Assembly (NCBI GenBank): GCA_047495785.1
Contig: JBLDXI010000013.1
Coordinates: forward strand, 4,030,001-4,094,000
DNA: 64,000 nucleotides
Source of the DNA: Lepidodermella squamata
Taxonomy: Eukaryota > Animalia > Gastrotricha
Reading direction: 5' to 3'
Shown: piece after piece, positions 22,473 to 34,463 of the stretch
Layout of the letters: every line of letters starts with the position of its first letter
How positions within the stretch are numbered: the stretch's first letter is position 1
Translations under genes and position numbers: made by a program
The notes under the pieces: generated by a model
Told to the model about the DNA's origin: nothing
The model's input: only the letters and a program-made list of their open reading frames with translations
Database searches by the model: none

Positions 22473-25455
22473 TTACAGCGAAAACGCATGGGCAATCGCA
22501 TCGACGAATGAATCGATCTGCCCAGCAAGCTGTCCGAGGTTCGAATTCAAGAAAGCCAGAGCTTTTTGTTCGATGAGTTCCCATTCATCGCGGCTCGATG
22601 CATATTTTTTACGTAGCAAAGCAAGACCAATAAGCGTAGCAATTGCGTTTTCATCCGCAACTTTACCGCTGATAGCCGCTGTAGCTTCGCGGCGCATTTC
22701 AACCTGGTCTGGTGTTTTGGCTGGCTTGACAATTGACGCCAATTCGTTGCTAATGGCCCACGAGCCGTTAAATTTCTGCAAGCGGATCAACTTATCCATA
22801 GGTGCGATTTCAGGAGCCGGTGGAGGAGCAGGAGCGTCAAATTCAGGGGTGGGCGAGCTATCGCAAACATCCTGAAAAATCAGAAACATCTAAATCTGGG
22901 TTGAAAAATACACAAAAAGTGGATAGTAAATTTTAGGGAAAATATCCCGTATTTCGGGACAATTTCAGTAAATTTCCCCGATTTTGTTCATGAATAATGC
23001 CAAGTATAATTCTTATCACAGACTCACCTCCTGAATTTCCATGCGAGGACTAGATCCGATAGTAGCACAAAAGGAAACAGCATTGCTCGCCGACGCAGGG
23101 GCCATACGAGCTGATTTAGCAGATGTAAATAAACTTCTGCCCTTACGATTTTTAGTAGAAGCAGACGTACCCATCATCGGCATAGCCATGCACCTCATCA
23201 TCATCATTGGCTGAGCTCCAGGGAAACCGCCGAACCCATAAGAAGTCGGCCGTTCGACATCGACGAAACGCGGCCGGCCCTTCGCGTCCTTAACCTCATC
23301 CTTGCTAACCGGGTCAACCGCAACAAACGCCGTATCGTTACACAGAACACTAGTCGCGACAGAAATCGCAACAATCTGCTTCTTCCAAGCCTCGAAATCC
23401 GCTTGTTGATACTGCTGATCAGTCATTTCTTGAATCCTCGACTTGGCGGCCAGGCGATGCAGGGGCATAGCGTCGTTTTGCGGCGAATTGACTGATGACG
23501 CGATTTGGAACACCAGTTTATGCTCCACGTCTTTACCGCCGATTTTCGCCGTCAATTTCGCGAAACCATCAACGTTATTACCCAAATTTCGCTCAATCAA
23601 CGCGTACTGCTTAATAGGCCGGCCTGAATAAGCCGCTGTTGGGAGGTGCTCAGGTAGCAGAGACACAACTTTCCCGCCATTCAGCTCCCAATTCACCTTA
23701 ATATTTTCAGCAGCTGGGTTGGTAGCGGCCTTCAGCAGTGAGATGATTTTAGCCTGAAGACGGTCCGATGAACTTTTCACGTACTCAGCCACGCCGCCAG
23801 AAACGCGCGAAATGCCGTTGACCAGGGCAGTGCTGGCACCCTCGCCGATTCCGATGGCGAAAACGCGTGAAGTTGCGGCGTTTTTCTGCGCCAGATCAAT
23901 GACTTCCTGCGTGTTTCCAACCTCGCCATCTGTCAACACGACGATGAACTGCCGAGCACCGGGAGCGGTCGGTTTCGGTTTATCGTAAATGTATTTCAGC
24001 GGCTCGAGAATTTCAGTACCACCTAGATCGGCTTCCAGTTCATTCGAATGCGCAACGGCTTTCTCGATTGACTCCTCTGAATATTCCACGCTTCTGTTAA
24101 AAAAAGAAAGCAAAGGTTAGGTTTGATAAAGCGAGAAATCAACCAACAACATTTTAACATCTAAACATTCAAGGAAATTTTTCAAATTCACCAATTTCAC
24201 AAATTTTTCACTTCGCTACGTTCTTATAATTACAAAGATCTGAAACCCCGATTTAGACGAATTTCAATAAATTATATAGTATTTTTGCAAAATTAATTAG
24301 TCAATTCCGAACTTGAGTACTTATACTTCTATTTTCGAACTCTGATCACAAATTAAATCGACCCAAAAAAGTATAGCAATGTTGAATGGTTTGAAAGTTT
24401 ACTCACCCATCAGGGAAGAGAGCGATGAAGGTAGAGCCGAATCCAACGATATTGAACTTGCAACCAACAGGCAAGCTTTTGACGAATAGCACCAGGGCAG
24501 TTTTGGCGTCTCGAATTTTCTCGCCATCCATAGAACCAGATCGATCGATAACCAGCCAATATTCGTCACCGGTTATTCCAGAGCCAACCTGCTTGTCCTT
24601 CGCGGATTCCGGCTCGAACCAAGCAGAAGCGATGTCGTAAGAGGTCCACTTTTTCTCACCCTGAACAGCCTGGCCTGGTTCAAGGTAGACCATAGGCTTG
24701 AAAGGCTCGCTCGGCACGATAATCAGGCCGAAGTCGTGGTCTTGAACGAATTTCCCGTCAAGGCTAACGCTAGCTGATTTTTTCTCATCTTCGAAATCCA
24801 CCTTAATCGTATCCGCTTTATTCACGGTTTTCACTTCCGAAATTGCGGAATTCACGCCCAGGTTTATTTTAGCGGTGAATGACATGGTGTATGCGACCTC
24901 AGACACAGCGACATACGGGACTTTCGAATGAAATTGCTCCTTCATTTTCTCAGGGTTTGAGATCAAATGATGCGGAACGTAACGAGGGTTGAGGACAGCT
25001 GGTAGCGTTACGGTCAAAGAACCGTCAACGTCACGCTCGGCTGGCTGGACGTAACCGATCGTGACCTTGGCTTCCTTGCCAGGCGGAAGATTTCCTAACA
25101 TGATGCGGAAAACATCGGGGGAATCGAGTTGATTTTCGAGAAGAACCCCGGCCTGGCCGGCGTCGACCGCATCTCGATACGTCTCCTCCGCCTCTTTCCT
25201 CGGGCGGCATTCGGCTGACAATTTTTTCCCGTCGATATCGGCATCCAATCGATAGACGGCTGAATTTTCGGTGAGTGGGAAGACGAATTGACATTCGATA
25301 GTTTCAGCCAGGGTGTTTTGATAAGCCAATTCAGCAGTTACCGCCACTGTCCAACCTCGAATTTCGGAGTGAACTGAAACCGATTTCAAAGGAACAGGAA
25401 CTCGTTCAGCCGGCTTTGGGCAGCAGATTAATAAACCGCAATAGGTCGCAGCCAT
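22473..25455 (-). CDS. VWA5A-like paralog B. Exons 25455-24407, 24093-23028, 22871-22473
   Basis: VIT domain, LVIDRSGSM, VLTDGEV, MPLHRLAAK and LQKFNGSW..EWELIEQKA; in-frame junctions. Confidence 0.92.
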
Positions 25456-25639
25456 TTTTCAGAAATAATTCGTAAAAAAATATCTAAATTTAAAAATAAA
25501 CGATTTAATTTTTGGCAGTCTTCAAAAAAAATAGAAATCACTTCGGATAAAACATAAAAAGCGCTAAAAAACGGAATGTATCACAGACTCGAAAAAATAC
25601 TTTTGTATCATGCAGTTTTTCTGTCAAAAGTTTGGCATT

Positions 25640-28600
25640 TCAAATTTTCGCGGATAAATTAACGACAAAAACGTCGAGATCATTTCCGGCAAATTTGCTG
25701 AAGCTGGTCAGGAATGTAACAGCTTTTTGTTCAATCATCAGCCACTCGTCACACCGATTCAAATATCGTTGCCTGAGTAGAAAAATTGCTAGGGCGGTGG
25801 CTAGAAAATCGTCATTTGGCGCGAAATTGACCGGAGGTAGGCTGTCGATACATAGACGACGCGTATTTTCTACCGTTTCGTTCATCATACGAGCTAGATC
25901 TTCGGTTAGCTGCCACGAGCCGTTGACTTTTTGCCACGAAACAAGGTTTTCAAGTGATGACGATGACGACGAGTAAGAGCTAGTTTTCTTCGAGACTGGC
26001 ATTGAAATTGATTGCGACATCTTACCGGACTTTTTCTTCGTCTTCTTAGGTTTGCCTTTGAACAGCTTTTTAACGTTGTATACGAAATCGCCTGAAAACA
26101 ACAATGCAAAAAATTAGTCATAAATTTTACAGTTTTATATAAAAGTCAGGCTGAATAACTGTTATTTAATCTAAATCAAAATCAAATTTTAAAACGTAAA
26201 AATTACACAAAATTCTAACAGTTTGTGCAGAAATTTAGTTCGGCTATAGGCTTGCGAGATTTGAGCAATTATTTGAGTATGTGAAAATATTTTACAGCCA
26301 GAACTATTCGAATTGTTTTGTCCAACTCAACTTCTAAATACGTATATGAAGTATTCACGTTAACTCACCTAAAACATTCAACGCCTTCGGCCATTTAGTT
26401 CCATCCAAGTATCCTATGTCGGCATAATTAGAAGCCATTTTCAAGTTGCCCATGCTGCCTATGCCACACACACACCCCGGAGATTTCAAAAAGCACAGAC
26501 TCGCTTCTTCCGCACTTCTAACAACTCGAACAAAGGCGGGCGGGCGTTGGCCATTCGGCAGTGGCTCACTCGCTTTGTCGATAGCCACAAATGACGTGTA
26601 TTTACTCAAAACGCCAGTTGCCACTGAAATCGAGCACGCTTCCAGAGCTTGGGCGGCATCGTCGAGCTCCGCAATTCTAGCTTTCGCAGCTAATCGATGC
26701 AGGGGTAACGGATCGTTTTGATCTGACATAAATTCGAAAAATTCACGATATTGATTTAAAAATTAGAAAAATTACCGGAACAATTCAAATTTACTGCACT
26801 AAATTTGAGTTCGTATTCAACCCTACCGCCAGAAATTGACGCCGTGCATTTTGAGGTTATTTCAAACGCCCTTAGGCTAGGGTCGTTTTTCTCGAAAATC
26901 GCAAATTGCGAAAATCCGTGGCCGCGAAATAATTTACTGGGCGTATAGCTCGGAGTCAGAGCCACTAGATTTGCGTTATCGAAATTCCACTCGACACTAA
27001 TATCAGACGCCGTGGCTGAGGTTGTTGCTTGCAGCAAGTTGATCACCTTAGCCTGCAAGCGGTCTTTATCGCTTCGAACAAAGTCAGCTAAACCACCGGA
27101 TGCGTAGGAAATTCCATTGACTAGAGCCGTACTAGCGCCTTCGCCTATTCCGATGGCGAAAATCTGGGTGGTAGCTGAGTTTAGGCGGGCAAGTGCAACC
27201 ACTTCATCAACATTGCTGACTTCACCATCAGTCAAGAGGATAACGTAACGATTGAACCCAGAGACTACTTGCTGGGAATATATGTGTTTAAGTGGGTCCA
27301 AGATTTCGGTACCGCCCATGTCAGCTTGAAGATTCTTTGCAAATTCCACAGCGTAATCGACATGCTCATCGAGGTAAGCAACAGACCTAAAATAATTCAA
27401 TATTTTACAAAATAATCGGTATGAAAGGTGGTCAAACACTTAATATTACGAGATTAAGAATATTTACTTCAAATTTACGTAAAATCCAAGAAAATCCCGC
27501 CGTCGAATAGCCTCGGAAATTTTCAATTCAATGGCTTCCGCCATAAAATTTTGAAATGTTGTATCAATAAGAACAAATTGAGCATCACAATAAGGTTCAA
27601 AAATTATGTTATTCTAGCATGTCTCTTTCACAAGAACAGCACTTTCCGTTCGAAAAATGGCGCTACTCGATACCATTTCTTATTTGCTCTTTCAACTGAA
27701 TATAGCAACGAAATCGCCTTATGCGCTCAATCTTTCCCGCAAGTACCTCATAACATGCTTTGTTGCTTCAGTTCTGATTATTCACTGATCAATCGGAATT
27801 AAGAATTAAGAAAATTCTCAACTCAAATATTTCTCGATTGAATTACTTTTCTCAAATTTGTTGAAATCAGCGAGTTGCCACGCAGATATGAAATCTTTAA
27901 GCGCTAAGAGAGTCGAATCCTCCTCTTCACGATGAAGAATTTTACCTCTTGCTACATCGGATAACCTCCTACAGGATTAGCAGACTGGTCAACGCTAGAA
28001 CCCCACTTCGGTGACCTAAACATCCCGATAAACTCGCCGGAGCTACCCCGCCTCCTCCTCTTCGTCCAATGGCGCCAGCCAGCCCTCCAACCCGGGGCTG
28101 CGACTTGCGACTGCCCTTCAGCCACTGCGCCGCGCCGAGGCTTCATACCAGCTGCGTCTGCTACGGTCGCGAGTGTCACAACATGTGAAAAACCAGCTGA
28201 ATCAAACTACACCTTGACAGAAAATCTTGTCATTTCTGTTAATATCATGTTTTTGAATGCTAATCAGGTTTGATACAGCAGAAGATATTGCGATGTTAAT
28301 GTAAATAATGTAAAAACTGTAAAAATATTACGAAAATGCAATTAATCTGGCATTAACCTGGCTACCCATGTTTTAGACAATTTATCACCCTTTGTGCGGT
28401 GTATACACACAACGCAGACAGCCTGTTACTCTGTGTAACCAGTTCCAGAAAATGTATAAATATAAGTAGAAGCGTCGAGTTTGCAGACGACGAAACTTAG
28501 CTGTCGAAGCCGAAATCTCATACTAATCCTGAAATTGTCTTGAATTCAAAGTCTTGTACTATAGCTCGCCGTTAGAGTATACTAATTTGATGAACGTCAT

Positions 28601-30029
28601 CCTTTGAAACCGTGGTCATGTTTGAACCAACATAGCTTTCAAGATAAGATAAAGAAATACTTGACAACTTATTCACTTTCGTAACGAATTCAAGACCAAT
28701 ACAGCCTAGGAATTCCCATGTATAAGTCCAAAACTAGGTTATTAGCGCAAACCCTCTCTCCCGCTCTCAAGAGCACACGAAATGAAGATTTTCGTCATAA
28801 CTGACTCGTCGAACATTGAAAAACTAAATGAAGAATAATTCCTTGATTGATATGAAGTCAATAAGTGTCTTCAAGGCAAGGAATCGCATTGCGGCTCTCT
28901 GAAACTTCAAGTTATTAAAAAGAGCTATACTAACACCTTATCAACTTATCAAGTTAAAGACAATTATTATGTAGAAAATAACTTACTCTTCGGAGAACAG
29001 AACGCTGAGAGTAGAGCCGAAGCCAATGACGTTGAACCTGCATCCAATCGGCAAGCTTTTCAGGAACAAAATCAGCGCCTCCTTCGCATGTTTCATTTTC
29101 GCACCTTCCATCGACCCAGATCGATCGATTACGAACCAGTATTCATTTTTCGTCACCATTTCACCGCCCTCGTCGCTTTGAATCGGCTCAAACCAGGCCG
29201 TAGCAACGTGGAAATTCAGCCAATCACGAGAGGCCGCTTCATTTTGAAGCGCTAAGCCGGGTTCAACGTACAAAATTGGCCGCCGCCGATCAACAGGTGT
29301 TATTTGCAGTCGAAAATCGTGATTCGGCTCGAATTTTGACACCAATTGTACGCAAGCAGAGTGCTGATTTATCGCATAATCTATGGCTAATTCATCGCGT
29401 TCGTTCATTGAATTTATCGACTCGATTTGCCCAGAGATGCCGAGGTTCACTTTAGCGGAGAAATTCATCGAATATGGCAACTCAGACGCTGAGATGAACT
29501 GAATGTTTTGCTGAAAGTTTTGCGATAACGCCTCCAAGCTTTCATAATTTTTCACCGGGAAATACCTCGGATTGAGGACAGTAGGCAATACGAGATACAG
29601 AACGCCATCTGAGTCTCGCTCCAAGGGCATAACATAGCCAATGGTGACAACAGCTATCCCGCCTGCTGGTAAATTTCCAAGTAAAATGCGAAAAATATCG
29701 CTAGTATCGAAATTGCTCTCGAGTAGGGCGCATTTCAGCCCAGATTCAGCCGCATCGTCATACATTTTTTGCGCAACATCGCGAGGTTGAACTTCGCCAC
29801 AAATAACTTGTCCATTGATCTCGACTTCTAATTTGTAAATTGCCGAATCGTTTTTCAATGGGAAAACGAATTCGCATTCTAGCGGGTCGTCTCGAATATT
29901 TTCGTAAGTTAGCTTTGCAGTTACAGCGACGGCTAATCCACGAATATCAGCGTTGATTGAAATATCTCGTAAAGGAACCAAAATTTGACTCTGTGTCGTT
30001 TTTCCAAGAAGGCCTCCGAAAACCGGCAT
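25640..30029 (-). CDS. VWA5A-like paralog A. Exons 30029-28987, 27386-26776, 26722-26369, 26091-25640
   Basis: VIT domain, FVIDRSGSM, LLTDGEV, LPLHRLAAK and WQKVNGSW..EWLMIEQKA; in-frame junctions; 1.6 kb first coding intron. Confidence 0.9.
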
Positions 30030-30157
30030 GATATATCTTATCAACACATAAGACAACCCTAAAACAGATAAGGAAAAATTCCGATTTGGTTAATAACAAG
30101 ACAACAGGTTTCAGATGCGTGGAGGAAAAACCTGAGATAATGCTGGAGAGAAATAAC

Positions 30158-30195
30158 GAAATGAAAAAGGTCTCGCGCTTGAACAGCTTTATATA
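30158..30195 (-). promoter_or_regulatory. Putative core promoter (TATA + initiator) at the head of the VWA5A array
   Basis: TATATAAA at 30195-30188 and an Inr-like TCATTTC at 30164-30158, about 30 nt apart. A possible 5'UTR intron follows at 30131-30059. Confidence 0.45.
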
Positions 30196-30711
30196 GCGCA
30201 TAAAAAAGCCTAGACTAATAAAGTAAGCATACACAAGCTGTGAGTGGAAACACTAATATAATAGCAGTATGCGACGTGGAGGTGAATCATGCGTGTGAAT
30301 AATGGCTGTGTTTACACACCAGGCACGAATGAAACATAGAGTTTCCGGTGATTTTAGCCGGTAAAATTAGCTATAGATAGAGAATTCGAAACGTGAATAT
30401 GTCAGCAAATCCGCTACTCATTTTCTTAATTAATCTCGGAGTTTAGAAAGATTGGATAAATTGCTTTATGCAACAAGGAAAATCCTGGAAAAAGCTAAAA
30501 TTGAAAGCTCGATCAAGGAAATTAATAAAAAATATTAAAATTGTTGAGCGCGATATCTTCGCTTTGCAAATTTCTTATCTCATCTTCAAGGTTATCGTGT
30601 GTTCATTTTAATAGTCTGAATGTGCTTTGATTACAAAAAATGAGGCTTTAAAAATCAGGGGTACTGCAAGCTATCCCACTTATTTAGTTGTTCTCTCAGT
30701 TTTGAACTTTT

Positions 30712-31086
30712 TTACGGCGTGACTTTGAAACCAAACTTCGGGTGGGTTAATAGGACACCATCGCAGCCAACATTAAGGGGTGAATAATCGATAAAATCGA
30801 CCGTGAAATGCTGTACAGCTATACCGAGCTCGCGTCCAACCAGCTCGGTTAGGTCTTGCATATTTTTCAAATTAATCTCCGGGTTCACTTTGCCAACGCT
30901 ATGAATTAGCATAATACCGCTTGGTTCACGCTCCAAATGATACAGAATAGGGCCCTCGGTAACAACTTGCACGGCAAATCCGGTCAAGCTTTTATCCATG
31001 TTTGTGGCTAAAATTTTGACTACTGCGTCGGCGAATTCCTTAGAAGCCGCACGCTCAACATTAGTATTGAAAACAACGTAGGGCAT
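30712..31086 (-). CDS. MIF / D-dopachrome tautomerase family protein (copy 3), intronless
   Basis: MPYVVFNTNV start with catalytic Pro1, IHSVGKV, FIDYSPLNVG; 124 aa. Confidence 0.85.
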   Translation of the reverse strand: MPYVVFNTNVERAASKEFADAVVKILATNMDKSLTGFAVQVVTEGPILYHLEREPSGIMLIHSVGKVNPEINLKNMQDLTELVGRELGIAVQHFTVDFIDYSPLNVGCDGVLLTHPKFGFKVTP

Positions 31087-31212
31087 TTCTAAAAAGAGGA
31101 CAAGTCGTAGAAAATAATCAACAAAAATCAAAATAGATTAACGGAAAATTCCCACGATTGCAAGCTACCAAATTAGTAAAATTCGGGTAAAATTCATGTA
31201 AATGTGCGAAAA

Positions 31213-31578
31213 TTATTTCGCAGGAGGCTTAGCAGGGAACAGAGCTCCATTCGTTCCAACATTGGTAGGCAGGACATCGTTGAAGAATATCGAAAATCGC
31301 ATAGGGATGATTTTCAACTCGCTGCTGACCAGTTCCGAGATATCCTTGATGTTCTTACCATTAACTTCCTCGTCGATTTTCCCAATGCTGTTGATCAACA
31401 TAATAGCACATGGGTCTGTTGAACCGTGGTAATACATGGCCTGACCGGGTAAAATTTGGATAAAAAACCGCTCTGCGCCTTTTTCCATATTTTTAGATAG
31501 AATCGCAGCTAATTTCTCGGCGAAATCTTTAGGGATGGCATCATGTGCGACATTCGTAGAAAATTGAACATAAGGCAT
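31213..31578 (-). CDS. MIF family protein (copy 2), intronless
   Basis: MPYVQFSTNV, GSTDPCA, INSIGKI, NVGTNG; 121 aa. Confidence 0.9.
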   Translation of the reverse strand: MPYVQFSTNVAHDAIPKDFAEKLAAILSKNMEKGAERFFIQILPGQAMYYHGSTDPCAIMLINSIGKIDEEVNGKNIKDISELVSSELKIIPMRFSIFFNDVLPTNVGTNGALFPAKPPAK

Positions 31579-32425
31579 GTTGTTGGGGCTGCTTTCACGT
31601 ACGGAGTAAGACCAAATGTATTAATAATATAACGCAACTACGAGCACCGGGAAATGGAAATGAATGAATAATAGTAAGCCGAAGCAAATGCAATGCGATA
31701 GAAATAATCGATATCATGAATAAATTAGCTTTAATGGCGCGCCAAAAAATCGGGATTCTAAATTACTAACAATCATGCAATCTGTGAAAAAAAACATAAC
31801 TACTAACAGAACTTATCGTTTGTATGCAGCCTGGCAGTTGTAATACCCATAAGCCACAAAAAATTAAACGATGTCAACCATTATCTTGCCGACCATTTCT
31901 GCTGCAGACCAATGCTCCAAAGATAAGAGAAACTGGATTATCAGCAACCGGTTACTCGATATCTATCTCGATTACACCCTGTTTACGCTAAAAAGATATG
32001 TCATTTCTACCTGGAAAGGTTAATCTCGGCAGAGCAAGGTAGACATTAGAAATTGATGGACACTGATCACTTTCCCCGTAAGCGATCAACAGCAATAGCT
32101 GTCATTCAAACTACCATCAGCATCTTACAACAGATTAAAATTTCCTAGCAAGATATTTTATATAATCCATTTATTCGGGATCGAATCAAATCTGCATAAA
32201 TAAAATCAGGCCAATCACATCTACTCAATTTTTTTGTTGATAGTAACAACTCTGCAATAATAAATATCGTTTGAAGAAAATCACAGTAATGGCTAACTGC
32301 ATGAGCTATAGGGGCAGAGAATAATATAAATTCACGGCTGAAATAACAGCCAAGTTATTCAGGAAGACGATCGAAAACACACTTTTAGCACTTCATGTCA
32401 CTTCATGTCGTTGTTAGGTCACATA

Positions 32426-32785
32426 TCATTGGGGAGGTGGTGCCAAAGTTTTCCCGTTGAAACCAACGTTCTCGGCTTTCAAGTCAGTGAAATAAATAGT
32501 TTGTCTTTCGATCGGAATGCCCATTTCTTTTGTAATCAGGTCCATTATCTCTTTGGTGTTCTGCTCATTCAATTCTCGAGTGATTTTTCCAATGCTGCTT
32601 ACAGTCATAACGGCCGCAGGTGCTGAGGATCCGCTAAATGTAAGCAGTTGATCGGGCATAACGTGAATCCGAATTCTCTCTAGAGGTTTCTCTAAGTTTC
32701 TGGACAAAATTGCGGCAACTTTGGACGGAAGTTCTTGGGAGACTGCCGACCTCGACACATTTGTAAACAGCTGCATCCACGGCAT
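32426..32785 (-). CDS. MIF family protein (copy 1), intronless
   Basis: MPWMQLFTNV, LEKP, VMPDQLLTFSGSSAPAA, SSIGKI, ENVGFNGKT; 119 aa. Confidence 0.92.
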   Translation of the reverse strand: MPWMQLFTNVSRSAVSQELPSKVAAILSRNLEKPLERIRIHVMPDQLLTFSGSSAPAAVMTVSSIGKITRELNEQNTKEIMDLITKEMGIPIERQTIYFTDLKAENVGFNGKTLAPPPQ

Positions 32786-33001
32786 TTCAGCGAATGTGAT
32801 AAAGCACACAAAATAAAGTGGAATTCCTATAATTTGTCAACAAGAATGGCTTTAATATTGGACACTCAACCGAAGACAAAAATAAATATAACTACAAGGT
32901 CAATCATGCAAAAACAACGTGGAAAATTGACTGCCGTGTAATATTTTCGTGGTGGCAAAAGGTAATTTGTTATCAGCAGTAGTAGTTACATCTTCACTCG
33001 C

Positions 33002-34208
33002 TCACAGATAATTCTGCGCAGCTCTTACGCGATGGTGGTAATGGGCTAATATATTCACATTGAAAAGTTCTAAATGATGGTATTTTTTCATTTCATTATC
33101 TTCTGGGCCGATTTTCCATCCTAACGCTCCTTGTCCTTTCAAGGAGCTCTTTATTCGTAAAGAAGGATTTGTGCGGAAATCTGAAAAGAAATTAACACAC
33201 GGTGGGTGTGAGATGTTGCTATGGATTGTTTGTGAGATGGGGAAATGCGATAAGACCTTGAGCAACGTTCACTGATGTGCGAAGTGCGAAGGAACACTGA
33301 CGTGAAAGGGAATATAATGAATGCTCTTTAAAAACGCTTTTTCATTCAGATTGGTAGAAGCGGTAACATGCGTGGAGTGCAGAAGAACGTTCACGAGAAC
33401 TGAAACAGTCCACACAAACTGAAAAATTTGAAGTTATGAAGTCATGCCGGGAACAGGTTTACAGATCGAAGATCGAAGGACCTCGGGGTTGCTGGAGGTC
33501 AACCTTGTGACTTGTGACTAGTGACTAGAACCTTAAACTCTCATTCCAAGAGAATAACAAACAGGGTCAAACAGCCAGAAACAGCCAAGCAAAGCCACGC
33601 AAGCTCAACCATGTTAGCTATGCAAAACATCATTGTGCCCTCCCCCACAACAGTCACGGCCCGGAACAAACCGGCTGACCAGCTGACTTAGGGGCCGCCT
33701 TGGGGAAGATCACGTGCTACCCTTTAAACCTTGTCTATGGACTGAGCTTCGTCGTAATATTTAATTTTTTATTCTAATTTTTATGCTTATTTTGTTGTTT
33801 AATTCAATACAAAGTTCAAAAATATGCGCGCTATAATCAAAAAATCTGATCTAAGAAAACAGATTTGTTCGATTTTGCGCGATTTTCGCATAAACTATGT
33901 TACCGGAGTCATCAGGTGTGCTAAAAAGGCTCTTATTTCCTGCAAAAAAGCTCCGCGGTGGCTGTAGAGTCGAAGAATGAAGAGTCCCGATACCTTTCTG
34001 CCACATATGTGCTAAAAACACTTGCGAACTTACCCCGTGAGGTTGGCCAAAGTTTCACTTTCTAGTTTTGAAACAACCAAAAGGAATCTCATTGGAGGAG
34101 TTGGTCTGCAAGAATTTCTTTTTCTATGAAAGTTGTTCCCTTCAAAGTAGGAAAGAAGACCTTGTCTGCTAATATTCTGCGTCGGGTATCGTCAAATGGC
34201 GTCGCCAT
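33002..34208 (-). CDS. Possible small spliced gene of unknown function; last exon 33180-33002 (FRTNPSLRIK..QGALGWKIG..RAAQNYL*), first exon perhaps 34208-34161
   Basis: Good acceptor (ttcttttcag) before the terminal exon; donor-like sites at 34160, 34033 and 33903; ATTAAA downstream at 32856-32851. I could not fix a unique exon chain. Confidence 0.3.
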
Positions 34209-34463
34209 TATTTTCTGATTGTCGAGCAGAATCGCTTCCTAGCTTGGTTGCTTCTGTTGAAACATAGCTTGGAGAGATTGCTCAAATATGAATATTTCCT
34301 TCCCTTTGGATGGAACACCGCGCGAGTGCGAATCCAACGTTTAAATACGTAATACATACATAAATGGGTATCGCATGCAAGATGTAACATAGTCCATATT
34401 CTTTTATTGGCTGTTATTATGAAGATTATGATAAATTTCAATAGCTTCAAAATTTAATCGTCG

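Noticed and set aside
27950-28760. GC-rich patch and coding-like remnants in VWA5A-A intron 1
   Set aside because: Multiple stops and no recognisable domain.
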